A stretch of 64,000 bases of DNA from Octopus vulgaris. Taxonomy: Eukaryota. Positions 15,200-28,821 of this stretch are shown here, piece after piece. The stretch's first letter is position 1. Each line of letters begins with the position of its first letter. A program made the position numbers and the translations under genes. The stretch is taken from positions 160,704,001-160,768,000 of the forward strand of contig OX597816.1 in assembly GCA_951406725.2 (NCBI GenBank), read 5' to 3'. A model generated the notes under the pieces. It was not told the DNA's origin. It was given only the letters and a program-made list of their open reading frames with translations, and did not search any database.

Positions 15200-16770
15200 A
15201 TTGTAAGCTGACCGCTGATCTAAATTTATTAAATAGAACTGAGCCATATACACGTAACCCCCGCCCCGCACACATACATACTTCACATTGAAGGACTACA
15301 AACTCAACTTCTACTCTAGGTCTTCTATTAGACTCATCTGTACCACTAAATCAGACTTAGGTCGAATTAGTAAATGCATTATTGACCGTATTCTACCTCT
15401 AGTTAGGACTAACGTTAAGCTTCCGCTCTGGAATTACACCGGTGACGTCATCATTTGGTTTCACTCTCTTCCTGATAAGCAGCACACCCATTTCCTTCAA
15501 TTTGACATCTCAAATTATTACTCCTCAATGTCACCATTTCTCTTAAATAAAGCTTTATCATCGCCCGAAAATTCACACCCATCGCTCGATCTGACACCGA
15601 TATCATCCTGGCTGCGAGAAAGACTCTAATTCATTTTTAGGATAATAATTGGACCCGCAACTCATCTATACAAATACTCTCAAAAACAAAAAGCATACAC
15701 ATCGTACACGGCGGCCCCACTGGGGCCTATAACAACTACAAGCCCCCTCCTGATCCATCCGCTACAACTTCACACTCTACACATTCTAAGGCCAGGAAGC
15801 GGGAAATCTTATGGTTCGCACCATCTTTCTGTCTCCAAATTAAATCTCTACGTAAACTTTTCTTTACAATCCTAAAGTCTAATTTCCCACCACAGCTTAG
15901 ATACTACCCTATCTTTAATAAATCATCCGTGAAAATCTCTTACTCCACCACACCTTATTTGGAATCCATAGTTGCTTCCTCTAACAGACGCAAACTTCAG
16001 CACCAGTCCTTGGAACACCTAAACTCTGTAACTATATTTAAAAAATTAGTAGTTGAACTAAAACTAATTTTTAGGTTATGTCTATTAAAGAACTTCATAT
16101 ACATATGATTAATTGGAAAATGCCTATCTATATATTAATGGTGACTTCGGGGGAGTAAGGGGGTGTGGACCAGATAATTTTCCTATTCCTATGTTTATTG
16201 TGTTAAGTGTTAAAGGACTTACGAATTTTTTTATTTTGTTTATAAGCTTCAGTAGGTCCGATTCGAAGTTTTCTAAGTCCTTGATTTTGGGAAGGAATTG
16301 CTTTGATTTAATTCCATGAAACCTTTTCTCTGTAGTGATCTCTGTAGTGGTCTCTTTATATAATTACACACAATACACAAAAACAATAACATGTAGCCGG
16401 CTGTTCCTGCAGAGATAAAGACTTGTGCCCGCTAAATGGAGCTTGCATGACCGATACCATAATTTATGAAGCCACCGTAGATTCTACGACCACTAAGGAC
16501 ACAGTTTCATCAAAGAAATATGTGGTTCTCACAGAGGGAAATTTTAAGGCCAGGTTCAATAATCACAGCTTAAGCTTCAGACACTGGGATAAAAGAAAAA
16601 TGACCAAATTATCCAGTTATAAATGGTCCTTAAAAGATCAAGGTGTTAGCTATAAGATTCACTGGAAGATCTTGGCCAAGTGTAAACCTTACATCAACGT
16701 CAGTGGAAAGTGCGATCTTTGCGATATGGAAAGATGGCTCATCTGGAAAAGTTCTTTAGACCCCGCTGCA
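15200..16770 (+). mobile_element. Penelope-like retroelement remnant (RT N-part, linker, GIY-YIG), internally deleted
   Basis: ORF 15288-15629 KDYKLNF...IRLICTTKSDLGRISK...FLQFDISNYYSS; ~15795-16000 RKREILWFAPSF...YYPIFNKSSVKISYS; ORF 16423 CPLNGAC..IIYEATV...KYVVLTEGNFKARFNNH...CDLCDME. Confidence 0.9.
16030..16325 (-). mobile_element. Second, compressed PLE fragment in opposite orientation nested in the previous element
   Basis: Minus translation: HGIKSKQFLPKIKDLENFESDLLKLINKIK (N-terminal PLE motif), RKIIWSTP, DRHFPINHMYMKFFNRHNLKISFS. Confidence 0.72.
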
Positions 16771-16932
16771 TGTGTATATGTGTACGAATGTATGTATATA
16801 TACGAGTGTAATACTAACCGTTTGCTTAAGAGTGACTGTCATGAACATGTTTCCTTCCTTCATACATATATGTATGTGTGTACGCTAGTATATCTGCAGG
16901 TGTAGGTGTGTTGATAGACAGGAGGGTATATT

Positions 16933-16966
<34 letters not shown>

Positions 16967-17079
16967 CGTTTATATATTTGTTGTGCAAGATTTTTTATGT
17001 GAAGTCATGTGTTGAAACAGATATTATTATATTTCGGAATGGTCATTTTGCCAGTTTAGCCAATAAAAACACACGCACT

Positions 17080-17139
<60 letters not shown>

Positions 17140-17529
17140 CATATATAATTCATATGTATATTCATGTTTGCGGCGAATGGGAATATGTATATGTTTTATG
17201 TTTTGCGTATGTGTTTTCATTTGTATAAATGTCTATATATCTTCGCGAGGAAGATGTTGACAATGTATTTATGCGTGTGTGTGTTTGTACAAATATGCGT
17301 ATGCGAGCTTTTGTATATGAGCATAATAATGCATGCATGGATACATATACATATATGTGTGTATTTATATGTGTATATGTATACGTGTATGTATGTATAT
17401 ATACATGTGTACGTATTTAGATTTTATATCTTATATCTTTTACTTTTATTTACTTTCCCACGCCTATTAGAGTAACTTCCCTTGATTCAACGGTCTATCT
17501 TTTTTCATAGCGGTTTTTGTTTTAGTTAA

Positions 17530-17573
17530 CTGATGCGGGTGTCTTTTGGCTTCGGCATCTGAAACTCTGAGCA
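17530..17573 (+). ncRNA. Degenerate hammerhead-like motif downstream of the PLE
   Basis: CTGATGC GGGTGTC...GGCATCT GAAA CTCTGAG CA; stems II and III pair, two core positions changed. Confidence 0.45.
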
Positions 17574-17763
17574 TCATTATGTCAACTAACTAACTGTCCA
17601 ATATTATATATTTATAGATAAATTCCTCTATTTACATAATATCGAGGTCTCATTCATTCTTTTGTTGCTATATTATTATTATTACTATTATTATTATTAT
17701 GTTTTTCCTTCTTTCTTCAAATTTTCTTCCGTTTCTCGCCGAGTGTTTTCCATACACCTATGG

Positions 17764-17764
17764 C

Positions 17765-17822
<58 letters not shown>

Positions 17823-18336
17823 GAGTGAGAGAGCAGTTCATGCCATCAAAGTGACACTGGGGTAAAATATACGAAGCCCAATATACCCATCATGACTACC
17901 CGTCTGATAAGGGTACACCAGGCACATGCATCACAACCATATGTGCGCGACATGGTGATCTCATATCAATATAAACAGCACATGACCTTGCAGGTGGGGC
18001 CCAGTTAAAATTTTCTTCAGGTTGAGTAGCCCATCCCGCTCAAAAGGTCCCTGAATAAGGGTTGTTTAAGGATGTTGAAAGAACCACCCATGTTTCCAGA
18101 GGTGAATTATTCAAACCCCAAAGAATCCCTCTCAACACATGGCTATGATGCTCCCCCACTACTTCTGCTCGTGATCAGAGATGCACATATCGTCAGCCAC
18201 TAAGGGACATGCTCAACTGGTTAAGATCAAGCAACTGACAAACAAATATGTGGTATTGAGCAGAATATTTGCTGTAGCCCATCTTTTATACCAAGACAAA
18301 ACAATGTACATGATAACACTTCCAATCAGTTAAGAT
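17764..18336 (-). mobile_element. Interspersed retro-repeat fragment with (AAT)n tail (probable LINE/SINE 3' end)
   Basis: Higher-GC 515-bp block bounded by (ATT)n; single copy here, family assignment from recall only. Confidence 0.45.
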
Positions 18337-18380
18337 TATCATTATTATTATTATTATTATTGATATATATATATATATAT

Positions 18381-18542
18381 AGGCGCAGGAGTGGCTGTGT
18401 GGTAAGTATCTTGCTTACGAACGACATAGTTCTGGGTTCAGTCCCACTACATGGAACCTTGGGCAAGTGTCTTCTGTTATAGCCTCGGGCCGACCAAATC
18501 CTTGAGTAGTTTTGGTAGACGGAAACTGAAAGAAGCCCGTCG

Positions 18543-18582
<40 letters not shown>

Positions 18583-18803
18583 TGTATCTATGTATTTGTG
18601 TGTCTGTGCTTGTCCCCCCACCATCGCTTGACAACCAATGTTGGTGTGTTTACGTCCCCGTAACTTATCGGTTCGACATAAGAGGCCGACAGAATAAGTA
18701 CTAGGTTTACAAAGAATAAGTTCTGGGGTCGATTTGTTCGACTAAAGGCGGTGCTCCAGGATGGCTGCAGTCAAATGACTGAAACAAGTAAAAGAGTAAA
18801 AGA
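18381..18803 (+). mobile_element. Full-length tRNA-derived SINE family A with internal (TA)n
   Basis: A box TGGCTGTGTGG, B box GGTTCAGTCCC, 3' tail GAAACAAGTAAAAGAGTAAAAGA; about 10 copies in the window. Confidence 0.92.
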
Positions 18804-19199
18804 ATATATATATATGTATTTGTATTTTTATGCGTGAATATTTTTGTGTCTGCGTTTGTCCCGCACCATCGATGTTGGCTGTCAGATGATAGTGTCACCC
18901 TTTAAGGCAATGCTCCAGTATGGCCACAGTCAAATGGCTCAAGCAAGTAAAAGAATAAAAAAGTATATACACCTGTATGCGCGCGCGTGTGTGTATGTGT
19001 ATTTATGAATACACATTCACACACATATGTGTGCTTGTGTATGTATGTATGTATGTATGTATGCATGTATGTATGTATTTATGTATGTATGTATTTACGT
19101 ATGTATGTATGTATGTATGTATTTACGTATGTATGTATGTACGTATGTATGTACGTATGTATGTATGTATGTATGTATGTATGTATGTATGTATGTATG

Positions 19200-19455
19200 T
19201 ATGTATGTATGTTCGTATGTATGTATTTATGTTTTATGTATGTATTATCATGCATATACTTTTCATATCTAGAATTGCACATATAGATTTAAATGATAAA
19301 CTTCTGGAAAGTTTTACAGATTCTTACAGTTCCAGTGATGGATTGGATCCGTAGTCCTCGAATTAGCTTTCTCCCTTCTGCTTTTGTGAAGCCCAATTTC
19401 TCAAATTTGTATTTAGGCAGTGTGTTACATATCCCAGGGCCCCAGTACGTATATA
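19200..19455 (-). mobile_element. R4/Dong-like non-LTR retrotransposon 3' end in (TACA)n
   Basis: EKLGFTKAEGRKLIRGLRIQSITGTVRICKTFQKFII*, near-identical to 35410-35586; resembles the C-terminus after the restriction-like endonuclease. Confidence 0.75.
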
Positions 19456-20100
19456 TGAATGTGAGATAATCGGATTCCAAAGCAGCTGTTCTACTACGGT
19501 AATGCGTCCTCACTGCAAACCACGATAACGGTACAAAGACTGCATAGAAAGCTATCTGAAAGAACTACGAACCAGTATAAAGAACAGAAGAAAACTAGCT
19601 TTGGAAAAAGCTGAATAGTGAAAAGGTATAAGGGTAGGTTGCGAAACTTTTGAAGAGGACCGCCTTGCGCTCGAAAAGTTAAACGTTGAGTTCAGATTGG
19701 CTGTCTTCAGAGTGGTGAAACATGTAGCTGTATAATTTTTTTTAAAGACTAGTTTGTCAACTATTTGAAGTCCGATGAAAGATCAACTGTATACAGTGTC
19801 CTTCCTCCTAGAGCAGGTGATTTAACATGTGTAGTTGTGAAAAAGCTTGCTAGTCAATTTTCAGATCCGTAAAGACATAAGACCGTTCACAGAGACCATA
19901 TCCCGCAAAGCAACCCAACCAACCCAGTGGAAGTTACAGCTTTCCTCTGTCACCTCTACGTTTCGAACCTTGCAGATCTTCAGCGGAACTGAATAATAAT
20001 CTGAAGGGTCATAGGCAGAAAGTCAGAAATGCTCTTGGCAACAAGGAAGCTCAAACAGACAGCAATCATCTGTGAAGATGGATCAATCACCATGCATGTT
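19455..20100 (+). mobile_element. RTE-clade LINE 3' fragment
   Basis: Translation DNRIPKQLFY.G.RPHCKPR*RYKDCIESYLKEL...GCETFEEDR, typical RTE/BovB C-terminus. Confidence 0.75.
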
Positions 20101-20271
20101 TGTATGTATATTCCATGCGAAATAAATTTTTGATTTGATGAAATTATCTTCCCTTTAAAAGAATAAATGTCGTTCAGTAACTCGAAATGAAAATGAAATT
20201 TCAAGAATCAATAATTCTCTGAAATTAGCACGCTTTTAAATAGTCCGATTGGTTGAAAACACAGAGAACAG

Positions 20272-20314
20272 CTGTGAACACGTGTTTCTGTTATACTTGT
20301 CGTCATCAGTACAG
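20272..20314 (-). ncRNA. Hammerhead-like motif, intact core but stem II unpaired
   Basis: Minus: CTGTA CTGATGA (14 nt) GAAA CACGTG TT CACAG. Confidence 0.45.
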
Positions 20315-20812
20315 CAGTTGTCCGACATTGAATATTGAATCTAGCAAGCAAAGTATTTAGACTTTTTGTATGTATCAGCATTGGGAAGGCAGTTTATACG
20401 TTAGTTGGAATGGTAATGGGTTTTTGTTCAGACCAACATTTGCAGCATTCTACATCGCCAGTGTAGGAAATAAATGAGATGCAAAAGCGCCACAATGCAA
20501 TTTACAGGTATAATTTCAATTGATTTAAAAAATATTTTTCCTCACAATGCAATGTTAATCCGTACTTAGCTTGGTGTTCTTCATGCAGAAAGCATCCATT
20601 GAAAAAATTTCGATATCATTACATCCAATACGCTGATTATGTATTCAATGTGACGAACACTCTGGAAAAGATCGACATGCTACCTCTAATTTAATATTCA
20701 ACATAGAGAGCTTAGCTAAAATTCAAAGATCTCAACAATACCCCCATTAGATGCAAATAAAAGAATTGAAAAAAAAATAGTATACGTTGCATCAGTTTAC
20801 ATTAAAATCTCT

Positions 20813-21056
20813 ACTAAATGCCCAAACATGCATAAAGACAGGCAATATGCAGTGAATGACTGCTGTAAAATGTTTATTCAAAAAAGCCTTTACATTATAT
20901 TCCACTAATAAAGCACTACAAAATAAGGTTTCATTAAAAACACAACTAAATGCCTCTACATGCATAGAGATAGGAATTGTTCATGGAGCGAATGCTATTA
21001 AACCTTTATCAAACAAAAGCCTTTAGATTATATTCCACTAATAAAGCGCCTACAAA
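20813..21056 (+). repeat. Diverged tandem duplication, ~130-bp unit
   Basis: ACTAAATGCC...AAAAGCCTTT..ATTATATTCCACTAATAAAGC..CTACAAA occurs twice (20813-20922, 20945-21056). Confidence 0.75.
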
Positions 21057-21769
21057 GCGACATTTACGGTACAAAACAAATTCGAGTCGATAACGGATAT
21101 ACAAACAATTTCGTAGTCCACGTCATATAGAACAACAGAGGAATAGATCGAATATAGCACAATAGAAAACACACTTTCAAAAACAAGCCACACAAAATGA
21201 CTATTACATGAACTGAATACACTCTGGCTCCGAACAAAGTTTTATAAATACATGACATGAACAAAGAACGCAACTATTACTCCCTGTCGATCATAAAATA
21301 CAAAATAATAAACAAAATAATAATTTATTGTAAAAATACTAAAATTAAAATCTCTTTAACAAGCCACAAACCACAAGCATTGTTAGTTTGCAAGCCGCTG
21401 AATAAAAGGGTGGAGTTTCGGAATAAGAGCCCCACCATACCCCATGGGAAATAAAAAGGTTACAGAAATGAGTTGGGTGGCGGTGAGGAAAATGTGAAAA
21501 CGATATTTTAATTTCTTAAAGAGGATTTTTTTAGGAATTGTTGCTAACGTTGTATGAAACAATAAAAATACTGAAAGAAAAATAACAACAAAGAACGGAA
21601 AAGAAAAGAAAAATTGAAAAAAAAAAATACCTTTTTCCTTCCTCGTGGTTTGGGACTCCTAATTCGAAACTCCGCCGAATAAACTTTGCATACATGATGA
21701 TAATAGCTGTTATAATCGTTTCCGGTTCCGGTATAAGGTCATAAGCCAACACTTTCAACCCTAGATTGG

Positions 21770-22140
21770 TCCTTTATTATATAGACTCCTGGAAGGATGA
21801 AAAGCAAATTTGTTCCTCATGGGAATTGAACTCAAAACATCAAGAGCCAGAACAGATACAACAAAGCGTTTTGTCCGACACTCTAACGATTCTGCTAATT
21901 CGCCATCCTGATAGCTGTCACAATTGTTTCTAATCTTGGCACAAGGCCAGCAATTTTGAGAGGGGCTGGGGTTAGTCGATTATACTAACGTCGATGTTCA
22001 ACTGGTACTTATTTTTCTGCCCCCGAAAGGATGAAAGACAGAGCCTACTCTGCGAAATTTGAACTCAGGACATAAAGAGCCGGAAGAAATCCTACTAAGC
22101 ATTTTGTCCGGTGTGTTAAGGAGTCTGGTTGCTCGCCGCA
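21770..22140 (-). mobile_element. Two degenerate SINE B-related copies
   Basis: GAAAGGATGAAA...GAATTTGAACTCA motifs. Confidence 0.7.
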
Positions 22141-23020
22141 TTGGTAGCCATTGAAATAAAACCACTTTCTCGATAGGTTTACAAGAAGACATTGCAAATT
22201 ATAACAATATACAATATATGTATATGAATATCCTCGTCGTGGTTTGACCAAAAAGAGAAGGCAAATCTTCATATCACATCTATCATAGAAATGGAAGGAC
22301 GCATTGAATAATGCGGTTCTTCATATATCTATTATGCCTAGAAAAAGAAGAAAAAAGCATGAAGAACACGAGATAATCAATTATGTCAAGAATACCGTTG
22401 TTCATAGGTTTGTTCGATCAGGGATGACCTAGGGTTAAATAACAACAACAACAAATTCAAAAGTATTTGTTACTAACACAATTGTCTCATATGGAATTAC
22501 AGAACCCAAACTAGAAGATTGATCATAGCTATAATTGTAGCAATACATAACGAAAACAGCTTAACACTGAGATATGGTATCTTAGCAACAAAACAACACC
22601 AATAGCCACAGCTAAATTATTTCCTGATTGCTGAAAGAAACCTGACGTTAATGGTCAATTATTTCATCACAAGCGATAGCAACACCATCGCGAACACAAC
22701 GCCATTCCTTTTATTCTTGTGTATAATAAAATGGCTATAACAAACGCCACAATGCTCTCCTGAAGTATAGTGGTTCAGCCATGTTGTCGTCTGTAATAAC
22801 TGCTTCATCCGCACAGGCTGGCATGAAAAATCTTTAATGAAATAAATGTAAAAAAAAAAAAGAAAAAAAGAATCGATAAATATAATAAAGAGCAGAGTAA
22901 TGTATTTTAAAACTGCATATTTTAAAGTGCAGGTTTCCTCTTTCTCTCTTTTATTCTCACCTACTTATACGCACGTGTCCACTTATGTATATATATATAA
23001 AGAGATATCTAAGTCGATAG

Positions 23021-23149
<129 letters not shown>

Positions 23150-23426
23150 AATCTATACACACACATACACAAATAACACAAGTATTTTTATATATACATA
23201 TTTGTATATCCATAAATACATACATGCAGCCATACATGACTATGTGTGTGTATTGGATGTGTGACTGTGTGTATGTGTGTGCGTGTGTGCATGAAGATAT
23301 GTGTATGCATATATATTAACACACACACATATGTGTGTATATATACGTATATATGTACGAATGTGCGTGTATATATATTCACACACGCACACATGTGTAT
23401 ATATACTTATGTAGGTATGTATATGC

Positions 23427-23465
<39 letters not shown>

Positions 23466-24247
23466 CACACATGTATATATACGTATGTATGCATGTATGT
23501 GCGTGTATAAATATATTCACACACACACATATGTATATATACGTATGTATGTATGTGCATGTATACATATATATATATATTCACACAGACATACGTATGA
23601 ATGTATATATGTATGTATGTGTGTGCGTGTATATATGTATGCACATCAAATGTATCTTAATTCATTTTGTTGGTCTAATGCCACTGACCATTCGAAGTTA
23701 TTTCTGTTCATTCATTTTTGTATTTGAATTATGCAAAATACTAAATAACATAAATATCCTATAGACTTTTTGCATGTGTCTAACCATTATGTCGGCGGAA
23801 AATATACTAAGACAAGTGCTGTGCTGATGATGTTTATTTAGATAGAAACATTCGTCCATAGTTTTCTTGTCTCAAAAACAAACTGTTTTTCCTTCATCCT
23901 TAATAGTATATGAATTCTGAAGAATTGTATATTCTTAAGATCATCTCTCTTTATTATTCTGAATCAATCGCAAATGTCACCAAGCATTTCTTTAGATTCT
24001 CTTGAAGATGATTTCAATAAATCAATAATTTATCTAGTGTGGATTTAATATTATTTTTCTTCCTCTTTGTTGTTCAAATTAATGCCGCTATCCGCACTGG
24101 TACTTCTCTTAGCTCGTATTTCTTACACACATACATATACACTTATTTATATAATATAGACAAATATGTGAATCAATTGCTATATCTCTCCTTTCTCTCA
24201 CATTCTTTCGCTTTTAACAAATATACATACGTATATATATATGTACA

Positions 24248-25039
24248 CTAGCAGCTAAACCCGGTTTCACCCGGTCGGTTTGGATGATGTGGCTGTAAAA
24301 CCTGCTCTGCGTAAGCATTCGACTTGTTTGGGCACGCTTACGTTCGTTAAAAAAGCAATTTTAGAATGACTTTTTTCTGTCAAAATGCTAAAAATAACTG
24401 ACCAACAAAAATAAAACAACCAACATTCAACCAAATCAAAAAATAGACCCAAATACTGAGCGAACAAAGATGAACCATCCCACTTCCATTGCACGCGCAC
24501 ACGCACACACAAACACACACATACACACACACACACATACACGCACACACACACGCACACAGACACACACACACACATTCAAATACCCTTTTTACATACA
24601 CACACATATATTCACACAGAGTTGAAACGCTGTTTGATTTATTTTATTCAGCGTGCAATTTTTTTCATCGCACTACCAAGTATGACATTCACCCCTTCCT
24701 TCCTTATTCATCTATCACACCTCCCTTTCTCATTCATAAACACAAGAGTATTATTATAGTAGATTATCTCAGTAACCATGTGAACTATGAAAAAAATATG
24801 ACATCACCCCTTCCTTCCTTATTCATCTATTATCCATTCCTTTCTCATTCATAAACACAAGAGTATTATTATAGTAGATTATCTCAGTAACCATGGGAAC
24901 TATGAAAAAATACAAACCCCAGCAACACCATCGGATCATTCTACACATCTGTGTAATGTTTCGCGCAATTCCACCCAGCCGTTTGACCAAGAATCCCAAG
25001 ACAAGAAAGAATCGCCCATGTCAAATTTATATGTATAGA
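24248..25039 (-). mobile_element. Non-autonomous Helitron with internal (CA)n and ~117-bp tandem duplication
   Basis: Minus: A|TCTATAC 5' end at 25039; 3' hairpin CCGGGTGAAACCGG then CTAG|T at 24248; duplicate units at ~24688-24795 and ~24805-24910. Confidence 0.78.
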
Positions 25040-25125
25040 TTATAAAAGAAAGTATGTACTTGAATAAAAAAAAACGGTACTGTACGCACGCACACGAACA
25101 CGCACTCACACACACATACTTACAC

Positions 25126-25780
25126 ACGCACGAAAGAAGTAAATAGACACCTCATAAAACATCGCGTATTTTTATTCTAACTTGTAAAGGTTTATATTTC
25201 TTTTATTAATTGACATCTTTATGTTTCAGGTTCTATATGTGACTGTTTAATCATGCCGTGTACAAAAGGAGCCTTGGAACCGTCTGAATTTCTAAGAGGC
25301 CGAATTGTGGGTCATTCTGAAGGTGGACATAGTCAACGTAAAATCGTAGAAAACCTTGGGATCCTGCTTTCTACAGTTAATAGAGTGATTGTGCAGCAAT
25401 TCACCAGTGAGGGGAAGGAGTTCACATCACCTCGCCCCGATCAATCAGGACTTTCTGACAGGACCCTTCTCTTTGTTCAGAGAAATGTGGAGGATAATCT
25501 TCGTTGCAAGACTTCTGACATAGCAGAACAAGTTAATTTCAGTCCCAGAACAGTTGTCAGGTATCTCCACAAACTTGGTTACTATAGCAGAGCAGCCAGA
25601 AAGAAGACACTTTTTCGACAAGCCAACATCAAGCGGGAAATAGATTGGGCCAGTGAGATGGTGGAGAGGCCACTAGCATTTTAAGACACTGTCATCTTCT
25701 CTGATGAGTCCAGATCTGCTGTATTTCCTGACAGTGGTCGAGTGTGGGTCTGGAGATTTTGTGATCAAGAAATTGATGCG
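25126..25780 (+). pseudogene. Tc1-family transposase fragment
   Basis: ORF 25253-25684: RGRIVG...SQRKI..LG...STV.R (HTH), [18 protein letters not shown]; past the stop VIFSDESR...GRVWVWR. Confidence 0.88.
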
Positions 25781-25804
25781 AAATATATATATATATATAT
25801 ATAT

Positions 25805-25975
25805 ATTATGCAAAAATGTCATAAGTCCAAAACGTTGGTTTTTCAGAAAACGAAAAAATAGTTTCACCACTCCATAGCAAAACCGTTGTACTACACTTTT
25901 ACAATTTTTGATAGCTTGGCATCTGAAGCAGCTGGAGATACGATAGTTTGACCAAAAGAACCTGCTATTGCAAGT
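25805..25975. repeat. Interspersed repeat; inverted copy at 32655-32822
   Basis: Shared sequence visible in ORF translations (CNSRFFWSNYRISSCFRCQAIKNC). Confidence 0.8.
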
Positions 25976-26413
25976 CAAAATGAATATTAAATATATACAT
26001 AACATGCACAAAGCCATAAATTTGTAAACTGCTGCCTTTGAGCGATTTAAACATTTATTGCTTAATAAATAAATATCGATGATAAATCATTATCAATTCA
26101 ATATATTAGTTGAGAGTCCACCAGTAATATATTCTTAATAATTCAATATATTGTGGATTTATCGGTAATATCCTGTATCTATTTAATAGGTTGTAGGTCT
26201 ATTTGTAATATGGTACTATCGATTCAAAAGCTTGCCGTTACCAAGCTTTCGTCAGAATCAGAAATCATTATTTATAAATATTGATAATAGACGAAAATTG
26301 CAGAGTAAGGAATGAAGTCTTGGTGGATCTAGACGCTGAAACTGCTTCGATTTCCGGTTCTCCACTTTACCTGACAATACACTATATCATTTCTCTATAG
26401 TGAAACCCAAACC

Positions 26414-27071
26414 CAGCGCTGGATTAACATTAAGCAAAATAAGCACGTGCTTAGGGCATGAAGGGAAAGTGAGGCAACAAAGAAATGGTAAATGGTTTAC
26501 AGCACAAATGAAATCACTTTAAACTTGATAAAATAATATTCAAGGTGATAAGGCGGCGAGCTGGCAGAACCGTTAGCACGCCGGGCGAAATGCGTAGACG
26601 TATTTCGTCTGCCGTTACGTTCTGAGTTCAAATTCCGCCGAGGTCGACTTTGTCTTTCATCCTTTCGGGGTCGATAAATTAAGTACCAGTCACGCACTGG
26701 GGTCGATGTAATCGACTTAATCCATTTGTCTGTCCTTGTTTGTCCCCTCTATATTTAGCCCCATGTGGGTAATAAAGAAAGAGATAAAATAATATTCAAG
26801 ACGTTTTATCTCTACTAAGTATAAAATCAGGTGTGTAACGTAAGATTAATTTTGGGGATCTGATCAAAGACATTGCAATTAAAAAATGCAGGTGAAAACT
26901 TTTCAAATACAAATAAAATGGAAGTATACAAAAATAAACAGTTTTCCATTGTTTCATTTTGAAAAATATGATTTATTTTATTGTTTATTATTGTTTGTAT
27001 TTTGAATTTCAAATGGAGCACCAAACATCTTTTAAGTGCTCAGGACCTCTATGGGTCTTAATCCAGCCTTG
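26414..27071. mobile_element. hAT-like MITE hosting a SINE B insertion
   Basis: Ends CAGCGCTGGATTAA / TTAATCCAGCCTTG; 8-bp flanks CCCAAACC / GTCAAACC. Confidence 0.7.
26545..26782 (+). mobile_element. Full-length SINE B with 18-bp TSD
   Basis: GATAAAATAATATTCAAG at 26527-26544 and 26783-26800. Confidence 0.92.
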
Positions 27072-27652
27072 GTCAAACCCTATTGAAATAACACGGAATT
27101 CTCTAAAACGAAAAGAACGAAAATAAGGGATAATATAGTCTTAAGTATATGATGTCCTGAAACCCCCACCAGCCCACCAAAAAAAAAAAAAAAGAAACAA
27201 ACGAAAGGCTATGACTTTTACGACTTCGATCATGTGATTTCTTCGATTGAAAGTTTGCTTGTAATTAACGATCACGGAGAATGAGAATGACATGATTTAG
27301 AAACTTGTATGTGTTAAAAAGTTATGCATGCACGCAAAGACATATAAAACATTAAAATATGTGTGTGTATGTACGTATGTATATATGTATGCATGTATGT
27401 ATTTATGTGTGTATGTGTATATATGTTTGTGTGTGTATGTACGTATGTATATATGTATGCATGTATGTATTTATGTGTGTATGTGTATGTGTATGTTTGT
27501 GTGTGAAGAAATATCGTTAACGCTACATTACACACGTACACACACACACACACACATATATATACATGTATATACATACATACATGCATACATACATACA
27601 TATATATATATGTGTGTATATATATATATATGTATATGTATATGTATATATA

Positions 27653-28050
27653 TATATAAAAGATGGAGGTGGAAATAGCACAGAAGTAAGTCTAAGACAT
27701 TTCAATTTGGGAATTTAATAAAAATGATTTTAACAAATTATGTGAAGAAAATATTCTCGGTTTCGATGTATCTCATCTTATCAAATATCAGTAAAAATTT
27801 GTAAAAAAATTGAAATAAAAATAGTTTATCTTCTGTCTGGGGGTCAACAACAGACATGTTCTTGACCCCCAGACAGAAGATAAACTGTTTTTACTTCAAA
27901 TTTGTTATACATTTTTACTGATAAGATACATCGAAACCGGTAATATTTTCTTTATATAACTTGTTAAAATCATTTTCATTAAATTTCCTCTTAAATTGAA
28001 ATATCTTAGACTTACTTCTGTGCTATTTCCACCTCTATCTTTTATATATA
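27653..28050. repeat. ~400-bp foldback palindrome with a degenerate HHR motif in each arm
   Basis: Arms ~190 bp centred near 27855; motifs at 27751-27788(-) and 27918-27946(+, GAAA CCGG TA). Confidence 0.88.
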
Positions 28051-28192
28051 AAAATTTGATTTGTATTGATCTCTAATCTTTTCTCAACTCTCTCTCGCTG
28101 TCTGTCTCTCTCTCCTCCCTCCTCTCTCTCTCTCTCTCTCTCACACACACTCACTCTCTCTCTCTCTCTCACTCTCTCCCTTACCTCTCTTA

Positions 28193-28274
<82 letters not shown>

Positions 28275-28663
28275 AGGATTGAACAGACAGAACTCAACAA
28301 GCAGAAAAAGTTAGACGAACGTTACGTATGGGGAATATTGACAAAGACACGATACACGGAATATTCGCAGCTGAGTTTTCCTCGTCAGTCAATCAACCAA
28401 AATATCATCGTGGTTTGGCTCCAATATCATTAAGACCACTCAATCTTGGAGGAGCCAGTGTTGTTATAAGCTACTGGGAAAAGCTAGCGAATGTATACTG
28501 AGACAGAAATAAGCAAGACAATATATGCCTGGGTATATATATGTATATATATATCGACGTCTGTTTTATGTTATAATAAAAACAGTTTCGCATTAAATTG
28601 TAGGATTATTCAATACATTTGGTAGAGTAGAAATTTATCATTCTTTAACAAGAATAGTAATGA

Positions 28664-28706
28664 CAGTGACTTCGAAGTTTCGACCAGCTAAGCCATCATC
28701 GGATTG
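28664..28706 (-). ncRNA. Type-I hammerhead motif with CCGAUGA core
   Basis: Minus: CAAT CCGATGA TGGCTTAGCTGGTC GAAA CTTCGAAG TC ACTG; same family as 44641-44678. Confidence 0.62.
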
Positions 28707-28721
28707 TATATACAAATAGAC

Positions 28722-28821
<100 letters not shown>

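Noticed and set aside
25701-25712. CTGATGAG resembling an HHR core
   Set aside because: It encodes the SDES motif of the Tc1 transposase; no GAAA or stem III follows.
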